DNA from: Eledone cirrhosa | Lineage: Eukaryota | Reading direction: 5' to 3' | Assembly (NCBI GenBank): GCA_964016885.1 | Contig: OZ024755.1 | Coordinates: 36,084,001 to 36,148,000 of the forward strand | DNA: 64,000 nucleotides | Shown: positions 53,310 to 64,000 of the stretch, piece by piece | How positions within the stretch are numbered: position 1 is the first letter of the stretch | How the letters are laid out: every line of letters begins with the position of its first letter | Program-made: the position numbers and the translations under genes | The notes under the pieces: model-generated | Database searches by the model: none | What the model was told of the DNA's origin: nothing | The model's input: the letters and a program-made list of their open reading frames with translations, nothing else

Positions 53310-53608
53310 TCTGTGTGGATTTCTTAAAGATAGGTTTTGTTTTCTTCATATCTCTACGTGGATTTCTTAAAGATAGGTTTTGTTTTTTTCATATCTCTAC
53401 ATGGATTTCTTAAAGATAGGTTTGGTTTTCTTCATATCTCTACATGGATTTCTTAAAGATAGGTTTTGTTTTCTTCATATCTCTGTGTGGATTTCTTAAA
53501 GATAGGTTTTGTTTTCTTCATATCTCTACATGGATTTCTATAAGATAGGTTTTGTTTACTTCATATCTCTACTTGAATTTCTTAAAGATAGGTTTTGTTT
53601 TCTTCATA
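53310..53608. repeat. 43-bp tandem repeat x7
   Basis: GGATTTCTTAAAGATAGGTTTTGTTTTCTTCATATCTCTACAT. Confidence 0.95.
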
Positions 53609-53924
53609 CCTTCAAAATTATATCAAACAGTATATGTAACGGCTTGAACGAAAGTAAAAGCTCTCACTTTTCGTGAAGATGGCTGTATGTTTATTTATTT
53701 ATATATTTGTGTGTATGTGACTTGGAAACTGTTATAATTCTATGTATCAGCCATTACAGTTCTCACTTCACACCCAACACATTCGGTATACATGCCCGAC
53801 GCTGTATGCTAACCACTCCCTCATGAATATATCATAGAACAGACAAGGGGCAGACGGAGGCTCCGAAAGCCGCAATGGAGGCAACTCGTCTAGGAGAGCT
53901 ACCACTCCAAATAAATTGGTGCGG

Positions 53925-54235
53925 GGTAGAGAAGTCCCCTAAGTCCAGTAAGACAACTTCCCTAGTGCTGGTGGCATAAATAAAAGCACCTAGTCCATGC
54001 TGTAAAGTGGAGGGGTAAAGAGGGCCCCTGACACCAGTAAGACAACCTCTCTAGTGCTGGTGGCACGGATAAAAGCACCCAGCTCATGCTGTAAAGTAGA
54101 GGGGGGGTGGATAGGGCCCCCGAGTTCAGTAAGACGACCTCTCTAGTGTTGGTGGCACGAATAAAAGCACCCAGTCCATGCTGTAAAGTGATGCTGGTGT
54201 TAGGAAGGACATCCAACCAGTATAATAAATGCCAA
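53925..54235 (+). repeat. Family C-related ~90-bp units x3
   Basis: CAGTAAGACAACCTCTCTAGTGCTGGTGGCA..TAAAAGCACCCAGTCCATGCTGTAAAGTG. Confidence 0.75.
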
Positions 54236-54299
54236 AATTATGAGCACAACAAATAAGAATTGCAACAACTGCGTCAACAGCAATAACATTAAGCATGTT

Positions 54300-56497
54300 A
54301 TGGCTGCGCACGGTAGTGGGGTGGCTGGTGCGGCCATGTGTGAGAACTGGAATTTCTTGCGTGACAACTTACTGCAGGCTACTGAAGAAACTTGTGGTTG
54401 GGGCAGAGCTTCAACCAGACAGAGAGTGACGTGGTGGTGGAACAACACAGTAGATAGAGTCATTAGAGACAAAAGACTGGCATGGAAGGCTTGGAAAAAC
54501 AGTGGGAGTAGAGAAGGATACACAGCCACTAAGAGAGAAGCTAGACGTTAGGTGTACTTAGCATGCAGGGAGGCTGAGAGTAGGAGATTTGTCAATGTTC
54601 TGCGATGGGAAGATCATAGATGTGCGGTGTTCCGCATTGCAAGGCAGTGTGTCAGTGCAAATCAGGATGTTGTTGGAGATAAGTGTGTCCGGAATGATGC
54701 CAGTGTACTTAGTGTCATGAATGATCAAAAGAAGGAGGCCTGGAAATGTCATTATGAGAGACTGATGAATGTGGAGAACGAATGGGACAGAGAGAAATTA
54801 CCCCCAGTAGACCTGACAGAGGGACCAGCTATTGAGATTGACGAATATAGGGTACAAGAGGCAATTAAGGAAATGAAGAATGGTAAGGCTGCTGGACCGT
54901 CGGGGATAGTTGCTGAGATGCTGAAGTAGGTATTAAACTAGTTGCACGATATGCTATATATGGTGGTGTCATACCCCAAGACTGGTGCAGCAATATTCTC
55001 ATAAATTGCTACAAAGGTAAAGGGGATGCTCTAGAGAGGAGAAATTATAGGGGCATAAAGCTGATGGAAAAGGTTATGAAAGTGGCAGAGAGAATATTAG
55101 CACAACTGATTAGAGAAAGGGTCAAATTTGGTTTTGTGCCTGGGAGAAGTACAACAGATGCCCTCTTCTTAGTGAGGCAACTACAAGAGAGGTTCTTAGA
55201 GAAGAATAAGCCACTATACTTAGCTTTCGTTGATCTAGAGAAGGCCTTTGATAGGGTACCCCGATCTGTCATCTGCTGGTTCCTAAGGAAACTAGGTGTA
55301 GAGGATGTCTTGTGAGGACAGTGCAAGCTATGTACAGGGGTGCTGTCAGTAAAGTGGGAGTAGGAATCGAGTTTAGTGAGGAATTCCAGATACAAGTAGG
55401 AGTACATCAGGGTTCGGTCATCCCGCTCTTGTTCATTATAGTCCGCCAAGCCATAACAGAGGAGTTTACGACTGGCTGCTCATAAGAACTTCTCTATGCT
55501 GATGATCTGGTTCTTATAGCAGAATCAGTAGAGGAGCTAGAGAATAAATTCTGGCTATGGAAACAGCAGTTGGAATCAAGAGGCCTGAGAGTGAACATAG
55601 CTAAAACAAAAGTGTTGATAAGTAGAAGAGAGGACAATATTCTGATTCCATCGAGGAAATGGCCATGTTCGATATGTAGGAAAGTAACTGGCATAAATTC
55701 CATAAAATGTACGCAATGCAGATCTTGGGTACACAAGAGATGTAGTGGGATAGCAGGCAAACTAACCGGTAGGGAAAACTACGTATGCAGTAGATGTACA
55801 GGGAAATTAGACAGTAGAAGTCGCATTGATAGACACTTTTTTCCAATGAAGGTGGGTTCTATAGAAGTGGTCGATAGCTTCCTGTACCTAGGTGATCAGA
55901 TTAGCATGGGAGGGGGGTGTTCCAGGGCCGTAGTATCTAGAAAAAGGATGGGTTGGAAGAAGTTTAGGGGGCTGCTTCCTCTGTTGACAAAGAAGGGTTT
56001 CTCCTTGCATTACAAAAGGACGGTTATATGATGCATGTGTGAGATGCGCGATGCTGCATGGTAGTGAGTCATGGGCAGCAACTGCAGAAGATATGCGATG
56101 GCTGGAGAGAAATGAAGCAAGTATGCTCCGTTGGATGTGCAATGTCAATGTGCGTGAACGACCAAGCATAGACAAGTTGAGAAAGAAACTGGGTATAAGA
56201 GGGATAAGTTGTGGTGTGCAGGAGAGAAGGCTGAGATGGTATGGATATGTGATGCGCATGGAGGATGACCGCTGGGTAAAGAAGTGCCAAGAAATCCCAG
56301 TAGAAGGAAGACGCAGTAAAGGTAGACCACAAAAAACATGGGCGGAGGTGGTGAGAGCAGAACTTAGATCGCTGAAACTCACTGAGGAGATGACGAAGGA
56401 CCGTGACAAGTGGAGAGATGCTGTGCTGAATAGGACCCGTCCAACCCTTGCAAGCAGGGAAAAGCGGACGTAAAATGCTGATGATGATGATGATGAT
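54300..56497 (+). mobile_element. RTE-clade LINE, 2.2-kb 5'-truncated pseudogenised ORF (RT plus PHD finger)
   Basis: TWWWN, MKNGKAAGPSGI, NYRGIKL, FGFVPGRSTTDA, FVDLEKAFDRVPR, VHQGS, LYADDL, FLYLGD, LHGSESW, RRLRWYG; several stops; (GAT)n tail. Confidence 0.95.
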
Positions 56498-57019
56498 ATA
56501 TATATATATATATATATGTGTGTATGTGTTTATGTGTATATATATATACATATAAGTATAATGAACTAGACAAAATGAACTTGTGCTAGCCCGCCAAATT
56601 TTCCACTCGCTCAATAAACATACATAGAAATGTGCATGTAGGACAGAGACAATATAGAGCAAAGAGGATTGTTCAGTCTTACCGGGTACATGACAACCTC
56701 TCTTGTGCCATGATAAAATACATCCAGTATGATCTGTAAAGTGGTTGACATTAGGAAGAGCATTCAGCCGTAAAAAAACATGCCAAATTATCGAACATTT
56801 CAGCAAGATCTGGTTTATTTGATTCATATAGTCTGAAACGCTGACAAATTGTCCAACACATGCCATAAAAATAAAGTCTTAGTAGCCATATACACACATC
56901 GTTGTCAATGCTCTCTTTGCTGAGTTGTTACTCCGCACCTACTTTCCAAATTCTTCATTACTCTACCATCTAATGAAGGCCGAAACATTCATCATCTCCG
57001 TTTAATGTCCATTCATTAA

Positions 57020-57408
57020 CATCCGCTTTTCCTTGCTTGCAAGGGTGGGACGGGTCCTATTCAGCACAGCATCTCTCCATTCGTCACAGTCCTTCGTCAT
57101 CTCCTCCGTGAGCTTCAGCAATCTGAGATCAGCTCTCACCACCTCTGCCCATCTTTTTCATGGTCTTCCTCTACTGTGTCTTCTTTCTACTGGGATTTCT
57201 TGGCACTTCTTAACCCAGCGGTCATCCTCCATGTGCATCACATGTCCATACCATCGCAGTCTTCTCTCCCGGACACTACAGCCTAGCCTCTCTTATACAC
57301 AGTTTCACTCTCAACTCATCTATGCTTGGTCGTTCACGCACATTGACATTGCACATCCAACGGAGCATGCTTGCTTCATTTCTCTCAAGCCATAGCATAT
57401 CCTCCGCA
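57020..57408 (-). mobile_element. Same-family RTE 3' fragment, inverted relative to 56084-56470
   Basis: Direct reverse-complement similarity. Confidence 0.88.
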
Positions 57409-57689
57409 TTAAACGAGTTATCCTGTTGTGAGCAATGCCAGGTCAGGTGAGCCTGTCTGGCTCATACAGAAACGATTTCGGCTGGGGTTCTACAGATGGA
57501 TGCCCTTCCTAGTGCCAACTTCATTTACAGTGAGTGCTGGGTGCTGTTTCTCTCACATCTAAGAGTTAAACTAATACACTTCGCTGGGAAACCAACTAAA
57601 CTTTTACAAAATTTCACTCACAAACCTGTTTCAGCCAAACCATGTCAATACAACATAGAAAATAAATTATTTAGAGATTCAGAAATTAA

Positions 57690-58810
57690 AAAATTCTTAA
57701 GAGCATGGCATCAAAGAACCAACAATGCTTCATGGTGGGCTCAGATTTTGGTTCATAGTAGCATTTCCAGTAAGAAAAGCTTGCAGTGGATTTCTCTCGA
57801 GCTATCAACCAGGTAATACGCGGTGTCATACCTAATGACTAGCATAAATATTAATAATTACAAGGGAAAATGTGATGCTTTACAAAGGAGCAACCAAACT
57901 GACGTAAAACTGATGGATCAACTTATGAAAGAGACAGAAAGAGTTTTAGCACAACTAATTAGAAAAATAATCAAATTAACCCTTTAGTATTTACATTACT
58001 CTTATATATACTATTACATTTTCCTGGTAAACATTTTATCTCACATAATTATCTTATATAATATTGAACCTATGAGATTTTGATATTATTTATTTTGAGA
58101 ACAATACCTTAACATCAGTATGCATGGCCAATTATAGCTAGTTTGAACAAAAGGAGGTGACGGAATTCTGCCAAATATGGCCAGTTTAAATGCTAAAGGG
58201 TACAAACAAAGATTATAATATCACAGTTTGGTTTTATGCCAAGAAGAAGCACTACAGATGCACTCTTTTTATAGTTTCACTAAATGTAAGCTTTTGTTGA
58301 TCTGGAGAAGGCCTTTCACAGAGTTCCACAATCAGTTATCTCAGGATTCTTAACCCTTTAGCATTTAAACTGGCCATATCTGGCCAGAATTCTCTCACCA
58401 TCTTCTGATCAAACTGGCCATAACTGGCTGTTCATACTTATGTTAAGGTATTGTTCTCAAAATAAATAATATCAAAACCTCATAGATTCTATATTATGTG
58501 AGATATTATGTATGATAAAGCCTTTACTGTGGAAATACAATAGTATATATAGAGTAATGGGTTAAGAAAACTGGGTGTAGATGAATGTCTTATGAGAGCA
58601 GTGTAAGCCATGTACAGAGCTGCTATGGAAAAAGTGAGAGTAGGTAATAAATTTAGTGACGGGATCACTGTACACATAGGTGTTCAACAGGGTTCACTCC
58701 TCAACCCACTCTTGTTTATTAGAGTTCTTGAAGCCCTTACAGAAGAAGTTAAGACTGAGGACCTGCTACTTAAAGCTGAATTTTCAGAAGATTTAAAGAA
58801 GTTTCAGGTC
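57690..58810 (+). mobile_element. Old RTE RT fragment interrupted by two TTAA MITEs (57976-58200, 58350-58565)
   Basis: FGFMPRRSTTDA, DLEKAF, GVQQGSLLNPLLF pieces rejoin across TTAA sites. Confidence 0.8.
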
Positions 58811-59659
58811 ATTATCATCATCGTTTTACGCATGGGTTAGACGTGTTATCCTGTTGTGGGCAGTGTCCAGTCGGCTGACCTTGTCTTGCTCATATTGGAA
58901 CTGATTCTGGCTTGATTTCTACAGCTGGATGCCCTTCCTAACACCAACCTCCTTTATAGTGTGGGCTGGGTGCTTTTTTGTCGTGACACCTCCCCTCCCA
59001 CTGCAAAGTGGGAGGGGATAGGGGCATATTGTCTATATGAATACAAAACCTATAACTAATATACTGTAAACTTAACAAAGAGCAAAATGTTGGTATATAG
59101 GAAAGAAAGTAGCAGTATGCTACCGTCACTTTTGGTGGAAATTTGAAATGTTATTATCATGCTCAGGTTTTGTTTCACCTCAAACTAAAACGATAATTCA
59201 AATACAACTAAGTATCTTTAAGATTATTAGCAATAAATTCATCCACAACTTGCTGAAACACAAACACATCATTGGTAATGTCTTTAGGAACTCAAGTAAA
59301 TTGATTCAAATACCCACCTGCTGGAAATACTATGTATGGTTTATTCTAATGTATAATGGAAGCTTGAGAATAAGTGCTACTTAAATTTTGCTACATCATT
59401 TATGTCTGGATATAATATTAACCAATTCCCTATATAGATGATCTGGTCAATGTTATGGTGAAACATAAATATCATAGAAAAATTGGTATAAGTAGCACTT
59501 ATTCTAAAATTCACATAATGCTAGCTAGGATTCAAGAAAATCATAAAATAAATCACAACTACATTATTCCAGTGACATAGCCATGGCTACATCTGATGGC
59601 CTTGGCCCTACTGGGAGAGAATCTTAACCCTAAGTCACCAAGAGAGTAATTTCTCCTTT

Positions 59660-60343
59660 ACCCTTTATCATTTACATTACTCTATATATACTATTGTATT
59701 TTCATGGTAAAGGCTTTACCTCACATAACATTTACATTGCTCTATATATACTATTGTATTTTCATGGTAAAGGCTTTACCTCACATAACATTTACATTGC
59801 TCTATATATACTATTGTATTTTCATGGTAAAGGCTTTACCTCACATAACATTTACATTGCTCTATATATACTATTGTATTTTCATGGTAAAGGCTTTACC
59901 TCACATAACATTTACATTGCTCTATATATACTATTGTATTTTCATGGTAAAGGCTTTACCTCACATAACATTTACTCTATATATACTATTGTATTTTCAC
60001 AGTAAAGGCTTTAACCTCACATAATATCAAATCTGTGATATTATAATCTTTGTTTGTACCCTTTAGCATTTAAACTGGCCATATCTGGCAGAATTCCGTC
60101 ACCTCCTTTTGTTCAAACTGGCTATAACTGGCCATGCATACTGATGTTAAGGTATTGTTCTCAAAATAAATTACAAAAAATCTCATAGGTTCAATATTAT
60201 ATAAGATAATCGAGATTTTGATGTAATTTATTTTGAAAAGAATACCTTAATGTAGGTATGAGTGGCCAGTTATAGCCAGTTTGAACAGAAAGAGGTGAGA
60301 GAGTTCTGGCCGGATATGGCCGGTTTAACTGCTAAAGAGTTAA
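59660..60343 (-). mobile_element. TTAA MITE family 1 with 60-bp x5 expansion and an inverted templated insert
   Basis: 60-bp units 59671-59970; 60033-60210 is the reverse complement of 58048-58226. Confidence 0.82.
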
Positions 60344-61509
60344 TGCATAACACTGAATCAAGGGAAGAAATTCATTTTAAAAAATCAAGAATGGCTCTTC
60401 CAGCGCACCTCCCTTACCGTCCCCTGAGGAAACGCCTTCTCCATTCTGTCCGCCGGAGCTGTGGGGACGCCAGCACGTGGGACCCCATTTTCTCACTATA
60501 CAGAGAGATGGGAAGGGCGAGAGAGATGGGGGCGGTGATGGTGGGAGCTCGGCCCTTCCATGTTCAGACACATTGCACCTGTCAAGAGTGTATCTAGCTG
60601 ATACATATAGAAAAGTATCGACACATGTCTGCGTGAATTTGTATGTTGTATGTTTGGGTGTCCTAAAGGTTAAATATACACCACTTCATAATCAAAAGAA
60701 ATTTTTAAAGAGGTTAAACATTTAAAATTGTAAATTATACTTTTCAATAAGTTGTAATTATTATTTTTTGATTGCTTGTAATAGCAGTTTTATAATTAAT
60801 AATCAATGTGAACTTGAAAATTGAAGTATAATTGCTTTGTGTAAAAAAATAAACAGATTTAATGTTTTAACGTGCTCAATAAATTTCTATGATAATGGTT
60901 CTATTTGATTTTTGTTGTTTTTTTTCATGTGAATACTAGTCTTATAAACTGCTTTAAAGAAGACCGCATTTAGAATTGAGGGAAGATAATTGTACAGGGA
61001 GGTGGGAGTGGATAGAGGGGGGAGAGAAAGAGAGTATATGTTCTAAATTGTATTCTCTGTCAACAGTGTTGTCTGTCTCCCCTCTCTCCCCATACATACA
61101 CACACACACACACACACACACATACACACACATATATATATATATATTATATATATATATTTATATATACACACACACATGTAAATGTATGCACATACAT
61201 ATACATGCACACATATACATACATATGCATACATGTGCATACATACACATGATGGCTGCATCTCAATTTCCAGAATTGCCCCCATTTGATCCCCTTCTCA
61301 TACAAAGGTGACACGAACATGACTCTTTTGCCCTGCCAAGGATTTACCTTCTTATTTGTTCCAGTGATGAACATTACTTCCACTTTGGTTTGTTGTTTCG
61401 TTTTGGTGAGTTTACAAATGACGTTAGGGTCCAGCGGCCGTGACACATTGTTTTCCACACTTCCAACAGGAAGAAATGACAGAGACCACGATCAGCAACA
61501 TTTTGTAAA

Positions 61510-62150
61510 TGGCTTCTTCTTCTTCTCCGGCCAAGTTTACACTCGCAAAGATTCAGCAGACTTTCTCCAATCGTCCCGGTCAAGCATGACATTTCTCAGT
61601 TCATCGATGTTATCAATGTTGACATCTCTCAGCAAGGTGTCAATGAACGAGACGGCCTGTCTTCCCACACTTCTTTGTCTGACCGTCGGTTTCCAGAGCC
61701 CAAGTTGTGATGCTATCTCTTCTGGGTGACAGATGCAGTGCCCAGCCAGTTTCATTCGTCTGCAGGCAACTTTTCTTGAGACTGGTGGTAGTGATCAGTA
61801 TAGTTCCTTATTTGTCAGCTTCTGTTTCCAAGAAATGTTGAGAGCCATTCTCAACATCCGTCAAGTTTCTTGCCTAGCACTTGGTCAATAGTCCACGTTT
61901 CACTGCCGTAAAGCAGGATGGATTCAACAGTTGCTAGGAGCGCCTTTTCCTAGCAACTGTTGAAGACCAAATTTACTGAGGCAAATCAGGCCACACTCAT
62001 TGGACATAAAGTCATTTTGAATATCTGGAAATCTAGGTAAAGTAATATCAAGTAGACCCCTACATCGACTCTTCTCTAATTTTTCACGCTCCACAGGAGA
62101 TTTCTGAAATTCCTGTTTTCCATTATACACTATTTCCCTCCAAGATAATC
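61510..62150 (-). mobile_element. Two adjacent RTE 3' fragments
   Basis: [28 protein letters not shown]; second fragment DRLSWREIV and CGLICLSKFGL. Confidence 0.8.
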
Positions 62151-62217
62151 GATCTAAAGTCATTTACCTTTGACTAACTCCCTGTACAGTACTGCGTAGG
62201 AATACAATGGCCTAAGG

Positions 62218-62501
62218 CAGTCATGGGCAACCTGCGGTTCACAAAGTTTTCTGAATGGCTCGCCTAAGTCACCTAAGTGAAATCTTTCTGATATTTTTAC
62301 CCTAACTTTTCAGTCATAATTTATCTTTCTAACATTTTTATAATTGAGGAAAACAACGAATTCTGAAGAAACAAATCAAAACAACCTGAGTTACCACCCT
62401 TTTTTTAATGTGGGCACGAATGTAAATTAGCACCTGCAGCCTGCCTGATGATGAGACATATCTCATGCGGCCTGCTTCTCGAAAAAGGTTGCCCATGCCT
62501 G
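62218..62501 (+). mobile_element. hAT-type MITE
   Basis: TIRs CAGTCATGGGCAACCT / AGGTTGCCCATGCCTG; 8-bp flanks GCCTAAGG / ATCTAAGG. Confidence 0.75.
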
Positions 62502-64000
62502 ATCTAAGGTCATTTACCTTTGATTAACTTCCTGTACAGTACCTACTTAGGAATACAATGATCTGTCATTTACCTTTGACTAACTTCCTGTACAGTACCT
62601 ACTTAGGAATACAATGATCTGTCATTTACCTTTGACTAACTTCCTGTACAGTACCTACTTAGGAATACAAATATCTGTCATTTACCTTTGACTAACTTCC
62701 TGTACAGTACCTACTTAGGAATACAATGATCTGTCATTTACCTTTGACTAACTTCCTGTACAGTACCTACTTAGGAATACAAATATCTGTCATTTACCTT
62801 TAACTAATTTCCTGTACAGTACCTACTTAGGAATACAAATATCTGTCATTTACCTTTAACTAATTTCCTGTACAGTACCTACTTAGGAATACAATGATCT
62901 GTCATTTACCTTTGACTAACTTCCTGTACAGTACCTACTTAGAAATACAATGATCTGTCATTTACCTTTGACTAACTTCCTGTACAGTACCTACTTAGGA
63001 ATACAATGATCTGTCATTTACCTTTGACTAACTTCCTGTACAGTACCTACTTAGGAATACAATGATCTGTCATTTACCTTTGACTAACTTCCTGTACAGT
63101 ACCTACTTAGGAATACAATGATCTGTCATTTACCTTTGACTAACTTCCTGTACAGTACCTACTTAGGAATACAAATATCTGTCATTTACCTTTGACTAAC
63201 TTCCTGTACAGTACCTACTTAGGAATACAAATATCTGTCATTTACCTTTGACTAACTTGCTGTACAGTACCTACTTAGGAATACAAATATCTGTCATTTA
63301 CCTTTGACTAACTTCCTGTACAGTACCTACTTAGGAATACAATGATCTGTCATTTACCTTTGATTAACTTCCTGTACAGTACCTACTTAGGAATACAATG
63401 ATCTGTCATTTACCTTTGACTAACTTCCTGTACAGTACCTACTTAGGAATACAATGATCTGTCATTTACCTTTGATTAACTTCCTGTACAGTACCTACTT
63501 AGAAATACAATGATCTGTCATTTACCTTTGACTAACTTCCTGTACAGTACCTACTTAGGAATACAATGATCTGTCATTTACCTTTGACTAACTTCCTGTA
63601 CAGTACCTACTTAGGAATACAAATATCTGTCATTTACCTTTGATTAACTTCCTGTACAGTACCTACTTAGGAATACAATGATCTGTCATTTACCTTTGAC
63701 TAACTTCCTGTACAGTACCTACTTAGGAATACAATGATGTCATTTACCTTTGATTAACTTCCTGTACAGTACCTACTTAGGAATACAATGATCTGTCATT
63801 TACCTTTGACTAACTTCCTGTACAGTACCTACTTAGGAATACAATGATCTGTCATTTACCTTTGACTAACTTCCTGTACAGTACCTACTTAGGAATACAA
63901 TGATCTGTCATTTACCTTTGATTAACTTCCTGTACAGTACCTACTTAGGAATACAAATATCTGTCATTTACCTTTGACTAACTTCCTGTACAGTACCTAC
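62502..64000. repeat. 56-bp minisatellite (runs off window; first diverged unit at 62151-62217)
   Basis: ATCTGTCATTTACCTTTGACTAACTTCCTGTACAGTACCTACTTAGGAATACAATG. Confidence 0.97.

Noticed and set aside
54300-56497. Active autonomous LINE
   Set aside because: No endonuclease domain; multiple stops and frameshifts

Overview
AT-rich, extremely repeat-dense eukaryotic DNA. The SINE, RTE and MITE repertoire and the huge microsatellites look like a coleoid cephalopod, probably an octopod; this is pattern recognition, not a database hit. The window is best read as introns of one minus-strand gene. Two large Ser/Asn-rich phase-0/phase-0 exons are well supported (30144-30863, 16642-17202) and two small exons are candidates; I cannot name the gene. 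The rest is a layered transposon landscape: RTE, CR1 and R4/Dong-like LINE relics, three SINE-like families (two sharing an RTE 3' tail), TTAA piggyBac-type MITEs (one nested in itself), a DD37D maT transposon, a non-autonomous Helitron, a hAT MITE, and many mini- and microsatellites. Almost all ORFs in the track are repeat artefacts. There is no CRISPR array, rRNA or genuine tRNA. Most notable: (1) two non-coding, (TA)n-embedded fold-back elements carrying type I hammerhead ribozyme motifs, Penelope/retrozyme-like (174-590, 52505-52800); (2) one retroposon family that has independently spawned 48-49 bp minisatellites at several loci; (3) two local templated duplications; (4) close inverted repeat pairs that could form dsRNA editing substrates.
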